From Lytechinus pictus (lineage: Eukaryota): a DNA stretch of 64,000 nucleotides. The position numbers and the translations under genes are program-made. Location: the NCBI RefSeq assembly GCF_037042905.1, contig NC_087249.1, positions 8,310,001 to 8,374,000 on the forward strand. Reading direction: 5' to 3'. The notes beneath the pieces are model-generated. The model searched no databases and was not told the origin of the DNA. It was given only the letters and a program-made list of their open reading frames with translations. This document shows positions 52,244 through 64,000 of this stretch, piece after piece; the stretch's first letter is position 1, and every line of letters starts with the position of its first letter.

Positions 52244-55062
52244 TTAATAAACTTGTCTAACAACAGAGGGCAGTATTCATCCAAAACTACAATTTAAACT
52301 TTTGAGCCTCAGAGCTCCAACACATTAGTACTGTACATTTACACATCCTATTTATATGTATTTTTTTTTTTCATTTTTAATTATGTTTTAGTTTGTGAAT
52401 CAATTGCTGTATTTGCATTCTAATAAGACATGAATCCCGGTTGTTACTTTGATGTTGTATTGACATGGATATTTTTGTACAATAAAAAACAAGCAACTGG
52501 TTTGTTCATAGGAATATTTTATCTTGAAAGTTGTAAATAATACATTTGAATTTTGTAAGATACACAAAATTATCTATGTAGGAAAATTTTATAACAAAAT
52601 AGGGGCAGTAGGATAGATGAGATAGGAATTACAGAAATAGATGATTCTGTTTTTCTTTTGGAGAGAGAAAGAAAGTAGGAGAGATCCATACCATGAGCAA
52701 TAGACGATTTTTTGAGTATTATGCCCCAATTACATGCCTCAATTTAATCTCAGCCTTTTAGCTGCTACCCAATCAACTCGCAGTAAACATCAATCATTCA
52801 TCACAGTAAATGAGGGCAATTAATAGTCCAATGCAGAAATAACCAGTATTAAATACATGTATGCATGCTTATTCGGTTAATTTCTCCTCTTATTGTAGAG
52901 ATTGTTCAATATTTTTTATTATAATGATGATAATTTGAAATTATGTTGAAATGAAAAGTACTATAAATATATTTTGTATTGAAATCACTCTTGGCATTTG
53001 TGTATGATACAATTTTTTCCCACTCTTATCCATGTTCAATATTTCCATTGAGTAATTTTGTTCAATCAAAACAAAATAGGCCTACATTGTACATGTAAGG
53101 GAAACTGTGTTCTCATCTACATGTAATTATTGACATCTTAGATGTAGACGGAATACAAACAAAAATATTTCCTGTTTTCCATGATCTTGTAAGATAATTA
53201 TAGCATTTTAATCATTTAAATCTTACACAAGTGCATTTATACACTAATACAGAAGACAAAATTGCTCTTTCTCAGTTCTTATTAGAAATTCTTATTGAAA
53301 TGATTACTTCTCTGATATAAATGCAATTTATTCATTACTAATTGCACATGGTTTGGGGTGTTATTATCAAAATTTATATTAATTATAATAATATTTGGTA
53401 ATATATGTGACTAAAAAAAAACGGTGGAAAAGGTGCTACTTCTCTGTATTTTGGTATTCCAATTATCACATTTAGGATCATTCAAATATATTTTCTGTGC
53501 CTTAAGGCCTTGGTAAAATACAGCAAAGGTAAAGTATATATCATCTCAACGAGCACTATGCTTCCTTATAGGAGGATTACATAGATATTGAATTGAGATA
53601 CCATTCAAATTCTTGGCATATATTACTTATGATAATTGGAATATTTCTTCATCCTTCTTTTTCTTACTTTCTTCTTTTATCTCCCTTAGTTTTTAAATAT
53701 TTGCTGATGACTGAGTTTTAGGTATGATTATCAATCCCTAGTCAAATTTCAAATTTGTCCAGGCCTTGATTTATTATGTTAAGTTTATAGTCAACACATT
53801 CTAGGTACTACCGTCAATGGTGATAATGAATTGTTTTATAAGGAGAGATTCCATAATGTTATGGTTGACTTTTAACTTTTATAAAAGTTATGGTTGACTT
53901 TTAACTTTTATTAAAGTGATTGAGCATTGAGTGTATAGGTACAGTGCTTATCATCATTATGAGCGTGCAAATGGCCTGTCTCATACAAGATTCTGAGAAA
54001 ATTCAGAGAAAAACACATTAAAAGTTTTACCCTTTTTGACTGGTGAATTTGGATCCTCCTTTGGAAATACTCTACATGATTTTCTACTATCAGGACTGTG
54101 AGAGACTTCATAAAATTTGGAGATTAAATTTCACTGTTGATAGATTCTACATGTAGTATATAACTTTTCAAAAATGCATGAAAATACATATTGATTTTGA
54201 CCCAATTTTTGACAGTTTGTTGGTTCTTTTTAAAAGCCAACAATGTCTTTGACTAACAAGTCATTTGTTATCATGTGAACTCCATTGATGGTATGATGAT
54301 AACAATTATACTTGCTTATGTGTAACTGTAACTTTTAATATGAGAAGCTCATGAGCACTTAATAATAAGCAGTATTACCCTACCAAAGTGATAAATTGGT
54401 GGAACATGGATATTTTTTTTACCATTTCAATCATGTTTATAAACTGCAGGGCTGCTACATGTATGTGAATTCTTGTAATGGCTTTTATTTGTTTATTTCC
54501 TTCCAAGACTTGAAAGGTAATTTACTTTGTAATGGTGTAAACATTTGAGTTATACTTTTCAAAGATTAATATGAATGTCTCAATTGATTTGGGGAGATAA
54601 AGTGAAGATCTGTGGAAATGTTTGAGAACGATACTAACGGTACCAACACTCGATCCTTCCAACAGTTGTGCTGAAAGTTCTCTCAGGGTGAAAAAAATAT
54701 TGACAACTCATAAGCTACACAATGTATTTTTTTTTTCTTGTGGTTGTTTCATAAAGCGTATGACTTTACACACAGGTTGGTGTTAATTTCTTAGAGGGCT
54801 GGTTCGGAATAATGTAAAGATAAGGATTGGGGTTTATTTAGTTGAGATTGGATTTTATGTTTGGCTGAATGTGCAGACTTTCCATCTGAGCGATTGTCGC
54901 CGGAGCAAATGTCATGGAACTGACTGGTGACCCTTTCTTGCGCTAAATGAAATATCCCAACGTTATGTAGTAGCTGACGGTGGTCAGCTAAGTCAGCTAC
55001 AAAGAACGTTCCATTCATGCATAACTAACATTACAAACAGCTTTATAAATCGCTCACCTGGT

Positions 55063-55216
55063 GGGTGTTTCATGAAGCTGTTTTTAAGTTATGAGCGACT
55101 TTACGAACGACTTGTGACCCTTTCTTTTGAACTAAATCAACACCAATGGAAATCCGGTGCTTACCTCAGGAAAGGATCATCGCCAAGTGGCTCCTAACGA
55201 ACAGCTTCATGAAACC
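55063..55216. mobile_element. Short hairpin MITE
   Basis: GTTTCATGAAGCTGT / ACAGCTTCATGAAAC. A related copy spans about 54745-55055 and is interrupted by another repeat fragment. Confidence 0.5.
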
Positions 55217-57217
55217 ATTTCCTGTTTGGTTTGTTTTCAGCACATATCATAACGCTCTCGTTATCCATATATATTTTTCATGTTGACATGGTTATTTTAT
55301 TATTTGTTTGTTAATTACATGCTCACAATACTCCCTGCAGGTATGTCTTTAATAGTTATGTTTGGATTTAAGATTACTAATATTGGACAGGATAGGGGCA
55401 TCTAGTGAGTCAATGTGAAGGTAAGAAATCCCAGGAACTCAAGGGGGCGCTATTGGCTAGTTATGTTACACGTTGCACTCGCCGTCATCTTCATTACGAA
55501 AATCGTCTGCGTAATTTGCATACAGCTAAGGCCACTTCAAAAATTCTAGAAGGAGGTGTAGCAAACCTGCAAGGATCACCGAACAGCAGCCAATCGCATA
55601 CGCAAACTGAGAATCGTCTTGAGTTCGGGCATTCGAACCCTAGCATCTGCGTAAGCATTATGTTGGTGTAAACAGGCAGGTGATGCCGTCCGCCGCGCAT
55701 ACGTATGTCCAAAAATGCCCTCATGACTCGTGGGAGAGAATACCTGTAATGTACTAAGTTATTAATCTGTTGTGATGTAATATGGGATTTTTTTTTTTAG
55801 TTAGCCATGTCACATTTTAGACTAATCTAAGGCACCCAACCAAAATTCCTGGGCCTTTTAGCAGTTATCCAACCATAAAGGTGTAGAGCATATTTTACAA
55901 TAGCTTTCATGCTCTTCCCATTGGTGACATGTGAGGGCTAGCCATGAAAAGACGCTTGCAGGAATGGTTCATCTCTGCTTTTTGGGGGAAGGTGCCTGAA
56001 CATTATTTGTTTTATTATGTTACTTCCAACTTCCCGCACATATTACTTTGGTATTAACAATTTGATGTTTCTATTTCACCTTGATCATGTCAGAAGTGGT
56101 GATTGAAAATATGAAAAAAAGATGCTGATATATATTTTATGATGTTGTGTACAGAAATCAAGATTACGATAAGGCAGTGATTGTTATACTATATACTTGT
56201 ATTAAATTCACCGTTCTGTGTATATGTTTAAAAGAATCAACCTCACTTATTGAAAGTCTGTACATTGTTTTATTTATTGTATTAATTCACTGAGGAGACA
56301 TAGCGCATGGGATATATAGGGATTATATCATCACCAGTCACTGGTGTGAATCCAAGAGGTGAACCGTTTGTTCAAGGGGGGTGATCTATTGTATCACCCC
56401 CTCCCCGCTTGAATATGACGTCTTAGGTTTATGTCAATTTCACCAGTGACATAAATGTTGCCAAGAGACAAAAACAAGTTTTGAGAGAAGCACATTTGAA
56501 ATTTACCTTTGTTTTGTAGCTACTTTGGATGGGTTTAAAGTTTCCAATTTGAATTATATCTTTATACCACAATTGAACATTTATTCAAGAAATAGGGTAA
56601 AACTGTAAAGGTCTACAATTTTGCAAGATTATATTCATTTAAAATATATTTTACTAGATCCATTTAAAAATATTACATCACGTCGGGCTTCTTGGAATTG
56701 TGAAATTGGTGTTCAAAGAGGGGACACAAGAAAGAGAGAGGGGGTGGGGTATTAATAAGGAATTGAACAGAAAATGCACAAGAGAGATAAACAGCAAGAT
56801 GGGCATCAAGAGGAAACTTTAAAAAGCAAGAGTTGGAGATTATTATCAGAAGATCTGAGAGAGGGGGGGGGGTAGTCTGCAAGCATAGACTCATATTTGA
56901 CACCTTAACAAATTACACCATGTCTAGATTGAAGACTACACGACAGACTCTGGATGTGTCATCCACAGTACATAGTGAATCTAGTCTCAATACTTTCAGA
57001 CTCTGCAAGATGCGAATTGCGAAAACCGAAGGTCTGTGCCTGCAGACTATGGGGGAGGGAAGGGGAGAACAACAAATAGAGAAAGATTATAGGTGATCGA
57101 GAGGGTGTATTTTGACCCGTTTAATAAGATTTGGCTATTTCCTGGGGATAAGTTCTGTTAAAATATATGTGAATAAGACCACGAAACTTGAATCTAATGT
57201 GCATATTAATACATTAT

Positions 57218-57450
57218 CAGGGGCGGATCCAGTATTTTCCAAAAGGGGGCACATTTTTCGGAGGAAAATTTTGACAAGCGAAAAAAGAAAGGTTTCTAAC
57301 AAAAAATTAAGGATATTTGGTACCCGAAAAAATTCGACAAGCAAAAAAAAATTAAAAACAAGGTCTCCACTTTCAAAAGAGGGGGCACACCTCTGTTGAA
57401 ATGGCATTTTTACCTCCCACCCCCCCCCCCCCCCCCTGGATCCGCCAGTG
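57218..57450. mobile_element. hAT-like G/C-tract MITE
   Basis: CAGGGGCGGATCCAG / CTGGATCCGCCAGTG. Related copies at 60231 and 61496-61682. Confidence 0.65.
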
Positions 57451-57708
57451 ATTGTTATGAAGGTCTGGCGAATCATTTTACTAACTTTCGTGTTGACCTG
57501 AACATTGCATACAAATGTGAATACGTGTATTTTATCTAAAATGTGTACCGTTTAGAGTGAGAGAAAGAGGGAAAGTGAGCACGCGCAGGTATTCTGTACA
57601 AAAATCTAAAACCCACCAACATGAAGCTCGAAGAATGTTGCCTAGTATAGCAACACTCAATAAAATGCAGACACCAGCTGGATTATAAAAAGCACTCTGG
57701 TCATTTAA

Positions 57709-58466
57709 AGGGGTACTCCAAACTGAAAAAGAGACGACTTGAACAGATGAAGTAAAATCAGAAAAGCAAAACACATTTATTTATTTTTATTTACCGGGTA
57801 TCTATTTTATTTCCTGGCAAAAGACAACAAGAATATGTACATGAGTAAGGAATTACCACTGACTAGTGCCTGATGGTGACTAAGAAAAACTAGTTTCTGT
57901 TCTGAAGCTCTCCTCACTAGTCAGGGTTTACAAATATACAAAAATAAAATCGGTATAAAATGGCAATATATGTTTAGATGTGTTATTATAACAAAGAATA
58001 AAGAACATTTCATCAAATCGGACAAGGAATAATAAAGTAATTATCAATATTAAGTTTTGCATTGTTTTAGTGAAACAATTCTATGTGTATATTCATGAAT
58101 ATGCAATGAGAAGATGATCGTGTCATATCCCAACTTATTCTTTTTTTTTTTGTTATGTGAAATTTAAATTCAAACTTGATCCTCCAAGAATAAAAAAAAA
58201 TGGATTGACTACCGATTTTAAGTGTAAGGTAATCATTGCTGCAACAATGTTTGTTACGCACACATATACAAATTATACTATGAAATGGAATTATTATGAA
58301 TTCATGTAATAAGATGGTAGTGACATGACACATAATTGCAACTGTTTTCACAAAATATTTCCAAAGTTTAGAATTCAATAGCTAAGTTATTTGATATCAG
58401 ATTTTGATGACATTTTCCAGCGGTTAGCTTGTTAAGATATAATTATTTTCAGTCTGAAGTACCCCT
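57709..58466. mobile_element. Kolobok/T2-like MITE distantly related to family A
   Basis: TTAA TSD. TIR AGGGGTACTCCAAACTGAAAA / TTTTCAGTCTGAAGTACCCCT (19/21). Confidence 0.8.
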
Positions 58467-59811
58467 TTAATAATGAGGCACGTTCCAATTCTACCTACCC
58501 CCCTCCCCTTTGTCTGTTTACCTCTCTTTTACCCCCCCCCCCCCATCCCTTCTCAACTTGCTATCTAAATTCACTGTTTTTTATATTAAAACATGAGATA
58601 TTCTTAGGGCCACGTTCAACAAAAATAACTTTCTTACGTGGGTGGAAACTGTGATAATAATCGCGTGCACATTGCCTGTATTGAGTCATTTTATTGAATT
58701 ATTCACTGTGATTGATTTCGGTGACAATGTGAAAGGTTGATAATTATTTATATTTTGGCATATGTGCCATGTTGAGATTGAAAACTAAAAAACCGACAAT
58801 ATCTGCTTTTAGATATTTGCCCTTTAGTGTGGAAGGGGTTTTTCTTTATTTTTTTTCCTTTCTATTTTTTTTTTTGGGGGGGGGTTGCTTCCTTCAAAAT
58901 TTACTTCAAAATCAATTATTTGATGTGATATCAGGTAGCCTATGACCTGAAAACACAATCTGATTGGTTGTTTGGGATATTCTCAATTTTCGACTCAAAA
59001 TGCTTTACATCTCCTTGCTATTTTCCATAAATATTGGGCATTTGTCTAATTTCCTACAAAAGAACTCCGCCAGCCCCCCCCCCCCTCGGCTCCTGCCGGC
59101 TATTAGCTGAATAGAGGAGAATGCTTTCTGATTGATTTATTGTTGATTGATTAAATGATTTTCATTGAAACTATCTATCCTCACAGTCCAAGGACTGAAT
59201 TGCAATGGTAACTATTAACATACAAGGTAAAAATCAATGATACAATAAATTAATGTTTGATTCAAGTAAAAAAAAATAAAAATTGGGGAGTGTTATGCCA
59301 CCTGCTATGACAGGCAACGTGGGAATGATCTTATCTGTGTTTAAAAAAAAAAGAAACATTGAAAGGTGGTATGTAAATTCCAAATTAAGAAGGGAAATGA
59401 ATATAGACATTTGTATTCGATTCCACCATGTGTATTTCACCAACAATCATTGTTTCCCACTCCAGAAAGGGCAGAAGAAAGGGAATCTACACACAGCTTG
59501 CACCACTGGCCAACAGATGGGGGAGGAGCTTGAGGGGCTCTTCCCCCCCCCCCCCCCCCAAAAAAAAAAAAAAAAAAAAAAAAAAATCACGACAAAGAAA
59601 AAAAAAGAGAAAAGAACGAGAGAAGGGTGAGTGAAATATGTTATTTTCTGAATATTATGTCAAGATCTATCACTTTTTGCTCGCTCGCTCGCTTCACTCT
59701 TCACATTGTTTTTTTTTGCAATATGCCATATCTAGCCACCTCAAAATGTTTGGCTTATTACGCAACTGGCATGCACCCCCACCAATATACGATGGCAATA
59801 AAATGACATGA

Positions 59812-60140
59812 GAATAAAAGAGGAATTACTGTCAGGTCTTCAGGAGTTCTGTTTTTCCTTTGCCTGATTTTCAATCTGGTTGAGCTCTCTTTGCTCGGTG
59901 ATCATGTTGTTTTCCTCGGGTAAAAATAATAATTCCCCAAACGAGTAGTTCAGTAACCTTTAGTGAAGTCCTCAAGGATATACGGTATATGGTAGGCTCC
60001 ATGCTTTCATCATACCCCTGTTTTCTTTCTGAGCAAATTAAAACCCAATCTTGTTCCATGCGCTTGGCGAAGAACCGCCATTCGACGCCCTCAGGTGGGC
60101 TACGCGACGCAAAATCAATTACAACGGTGCAATTAGATAG
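59812..60140 (-). pseudogene. Decayed THAP zinc-finger coding relic (probably transposon-derived)
   Basis: Manual translation NCTVV..GVEWRFF..QDWVLIC..EPT.YRI / EDFT / PD.IPLLF follows the THAP motif order, with frameshifts. Confidence 0.45.
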
Positions 60141-60849
60141 CCCGAATGTTGCAAGGATGTAAAATGGGATTAGGATGGAGATGCAGACGGTCTGTGAACT
60201 TTCGAAGTGGTATTATCCCCACACCCATCGCAGGGGCGGATCCAGTATTTTCAGGGGGGGGGGGCATTTTTGTACAGAACAAAAATGACAATGTCTTCAA
60301 TATGAATCCATTTAATGGTGATTTAACACAAATTTGACGAGCAAAAAAAAAAAAAAGAACTGTGTATGCACGACATACTCCCTAAATATTTGTTAGGGCT
60401 CTCAAGGGGAGGGGGTACGCCGATTTGAGTGCACAAAATGATAGAGGGGAGGGATAGCTCTAGGGGCGGGACCCACTTTTTTCAAATATTCGGTGACAAG
60501 GAAAAAAATAAAAAGGGTTATCATTAAAAAGCTCTCCCCGATCTAACACATAAATAGCCCCTCCCCCCTTCTCTCTCTCTCTCCCCCTCTCTCCCCTCTC
60601 TCCCCCTCTCTCTCAGTGCCTGTGTGTGTCTCTCTCCCCTCTCTCTTTCTTTCTCTTTCTCTTTCCCCCTTTCAAATACACACCCTATTAATGCTCATGG
60701 TTTCTATGATTTTAGCGAGAGTACATATTCCGTTACGTAAGAGCATTGTTGCACAAGTCAAAGAAAGAAAGGTATCCCTTTACACATCTTCACGGAGAAC
60801 GATTGCGTAAACAAATAATTTATAGCAACTATCACCAAGCCGTTTGGAA

Positions 60850-61249
60850 GGTTTATTGCCAATTCGTCTAATGCCAATTCTTCCAATTGCAACCTCGTCT
60901 ACTATCATTTGGTCTACCATCAGTTCGTCCACTCACCACGTGGTCTACTTTCATTTAGTCTAATGCCATTCCTTCTAATAACCAGTTGGTCCAATAGCCA
61001 TTTAGTCCATATAACATTTGGTCTAATTGGACTAAGTGTTAAATTGTGCAAAATGAATGACAATGAAATGGACATTAGACCATCTGGTTATGAGACGAAA
61101 TGGTCATAGACGAAATGGTGATTAGACGAAGTGATGATTGCACCAAATGGTTAATGGACCAAATGGTTGGACGGAATGGCATTAGACTAAATGAAAGTAG
61201 ACCATGTGGTGGGTGGACGAGTTGGCAGTATACGAATTGGCAATTTACC
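60850..61249. mobile_element. GG...CC MITE with 8-bp TSD (Merlin/MULE-like)
   Basis: TSD GTTTGGAA (60842-60849, 61250-61257). TIR GGTTTATTGCCAATTCGT / ACGAATTGGCAATTTACC. Confidence 0.85.
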
Positions 61250-61495
61250 GTTTGGAATAGGGCGTCACTCAAATTAAATAACAACCCCACCCTCACCGTA
61301 TAGGTTCAGTATTAGAAGAAAAGTTCCATGACATTAGCACCGGCGACAATTGCTCCGATGGAAAATCTGCAAACATAAAACCTAACCTCCAAAATTAAAA
61401 CCCTAACCCTAATCTGAACTAAAAATTATATCAAAACCCTAACTCTACCCAATACCCTCTGAGCTAAAAACTTAAAAACCAAAACCGTCTGTTTC

Positions 61496-61682
61496 ACTAG
61501 GCAGATCCAGGGGGGGGGGCACAGCCGGCCCGTCTCCCCCCTTGAGAGGCACAATCAAAACTTGTAATGTAAATATGTCGTTTTAACACAAGTGTGCCCC
61601 CCCCCCATTTTGAAAGCGAGGACCTTTTTTGGGGGGGGCTAGTCAAATGCCCCCCCCCCTGAAAATCCTGGATCCACCTCTG
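61496..61682. mobile_element. hAT-like G/C-tract MITE
   Basis: GGCAGATCCAGG...CCTGGATCCACC inverted ends with poly-G/poly-C tracts. Confidence 0.6.
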
Positions 61683-62058
61683 GTCTGCTTGAACGGTAAA
61701 ATCATTCATCATTGCAAATTTTAATTGACATTCCCATTCTCTTATGAGGCTGATTTCAAAATCCAATATCGTATTCCGACAAAATACAGTTGATACCAAA
61801 AATATGATAGTGATCATAATGGACGGATGATCGATTTTTCGCATTTTACAAATGAAATCGATTTAGTAATATTCCTTATCTATAAATGTCTGACGTGAAA
61901 TGAAATCAGGGCAACCCAGTTTTGAAATTAAACTGAAATTAAACTTCTAACGAGGAACTGCAATTGAAATGCTTCTGTTTGTATTCGCAGCTCTACACTG
62001 AGACTGGAGTTAGACCAGATTTTGTCCAGGTAGTTAACTTTCTGCTTTGACCGATGTT

Positions 62059-62360
62059 TAATTTAAACCCGACTTCAGAATGCGGGCCAGAGAGTGGAAA
62101 TAAAAGCGTATTCTGTCAAAACATCTAGACTCATTCAAAAACTTTTGAATAAATACGTAGATCAAGAGATCAAGTAGGTGATAGGCTCCGCCCACTATTC
62201 ATCCCTTCCTAATTTAAACCCGACTTCAGACTTCGGGCCAAAGAGTGCAAATGCAAATAAAAGCGTATTCTGTCAAAACATCTAGACTCATTCAAAAACT
62301 TTTGGATAAATACGTAGATCGATAAAGTAGGTAATAGACTCCGCCCCTTCCTCTCCCTTC
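62059..62360. repeat. 151-bp imperfect tandem duplication
   Basis: TAATTTAAACCCGACTTCAGA..AATAAAAGCGTATTCTGTCAAAACATCTAGACTCATTCAAAAACTTTTG at 62059 and 62210. Confidence 0.85.
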
Positions 62361-63669
62361 CTAATCCCTCATCATTACCATAGCAACCAAGTCCAAGTTG
62401 GGTCTGCCATCGATCTACTCTAGATGTGGAAGCATCGGCCACACAGGCAAATCCTACTTCCATTGGTCCAATCGATATCATTCAAATATACATTGCTCTT
62501 TTATCCTCCATTCAAATATAGGAAAATGCTATACACAAGAATTCTTTATAACTATGTATGGACTTGTTAAAAAAAAATAATGAAATAATAATAACACTTT
62601 GATCTGTTTGGTGTGGGGGTGTTTGATGTAGCTGTGACTATATACATGAACTTGTACCATCACGTAAATTTCATATAAAATCAAAATCTTACAGAATCTT
62701 CTTTTTATTATCCAACCTGTTTTCCCAACAAACATACACAAAGTAAGTGCTTGATTTAAAATAATACAATTTTACCATGTACAGAGATGTATTAATGATG
62801 TTGGCGCAATCAATCTCAACTGCATTTGTTTTGTTTTGTTCTGTTTTTTGAGGGAAGGGGGATATGTTACTTTTTCAAGTTACCTTGGAAATAACAAATC
62901 ATGAATAATCTTGCTCCTCTTGTTAGGAGTTGCAAATAAGACTTTAAACATCTGTGCACGTAATTTACGATGAGTCATTTAGGCCGGCCAATTAACTATC
63001 TGCGAAATACTTCGAAAGCCACGAATAAAATCACAAACTGATTAATTTGGGGTACAATATTATGAATATCGCCTAATAATAATGGCACCAATTATTTAAG
63101 ACTTTGGTATTTAGGCCTATATCCCAGTATGGATATTTGACACTGGTGTAAAGATGGGGAGGGGGCTTTGGGTCAAGGATCCCCCATCAAAGTTTCACGA
63201 TCGAGAAAGCAAGGAGAAAGTGAAAAATAAGGAATGGTATTAAGGTAAAAGGAAGGAATAATATATTAATTTCTAAAGATTATGCAAAAATATATCACAA
63301 AATCATAGTTTTAAAAGTAAAGATCTACCACAAAGTCATATTTCTTCACTCAATATTAAAATAAAATCCTTGCTCGCAGAATTATAACACATTGCCCAAT
63401 ACGTCAATCAGACCCCTTTACAAATTTTGATTCATAATTATGCCACTGATATTTGGCATTAATTTCATACCTTCGTGTATATACATGGCGTCTTTCGCTA
63501 GCCTTTTTTGAATTACCGTAGCCAAGATAAAGATTCTATTCAATGTTGATAATTGATATCTGAAATGAAGTTGTCGTTGTTGTTGTTGTTGGTAATTCCT
63601 AAAAACTTCTGTCATATAGACCTACATGTAATTCTTTTTGTTTTACATGGCGAAATATAGATACTGTGG

Positions 63670-63719
63670 ATCACCACCATAATCACCATCATAATCAACA
63701 TCACCACCATCACCACCAT

Positions 63720-63751
<32 letters not shown>

Positions 63752-63863
63752 TCGCCGTTATCATCATAATCAACATCACCATCATCATCGTCAACATCAT
63801 CATCTTCGTCATCATCATTATCACCATCATCATCATCGTCATCATCATTTTAACCACCACCAC
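63670..63863. repeat. Imperfect (CAT/CAC)n trinucleotide microsatellite
   Basis: About 190 bp of CAT/CAC/CGT triplets. Confidence 0.95.
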
Positions 63864-64000
63864 CTGACGACGTAACGTCCCTACCACTGGATGGTTGGTT
63901 GATCCTTGGGGAATCACAGGTAGGGAATCTCAGCCAGTACATCGTCCGTGCGAAAAGATTAAGGAGTCTGTGGTTACCAACAACTTTGTGTCAATACGAG

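Noticed and set aside
55405..55740. CpG-richer block with CCAAT boxes as a possible promoter
   Set aside because: No downstream exon identifiable. It could equally be a transposon fragment.
61375..61455. Telomere-like CCCTAA repeats
   Set aside because: Few and degenerate. They belong to a dispersed repeat fragment also seen inverted at about 54820-54920.
63612..63917. His-rich and Met-rich ORFs
   Set aside because: Translations of a CAT/CAC microsatellite, with no other coding evidence.

Overview
AT-rich eukaryotic (animal) genomic DNA, not prokaryotic. The repeat types and gene are compatible with a marine invertebrate deuterostome such as a sea urchin, but the species cannot be fixed from sequence alone. 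The only supportable protein-coding feature is the large terminal exon of a chondroitin sulfate synthase (CHSY1-like) gene at 43577-45178 (+). The preceding 43.5 kb appears to be one long intron. The rest is a dense, often nested collection of non-autonomous DNA transposons: Kolobok/T2-like TTAA MITEs, PIF/Harbinger-like TAA/TAG elements, a Tc1/mariner-like TA element, a CACTG hairpin, elements with 8-9 bp TSDs and a Helentron-type HINE. tRNA-derived SINEs, tandem duplications and microsatellites are also present. Three signals stand out. (1) Comparing repeat copies shows repeated conversion of a TA dinucleotide into TACATGTA, TACCGGTA or TAGGCCCTA, consistent with pervasive transposon excision footprints. 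(2) Decayed Myb/SANT and THAP domain relics sit in or near non-coding repeats. (3) There is multi-level transposon nesting. All alignments were done by eye and superfamily assignments rest on TSD/terminus rules.
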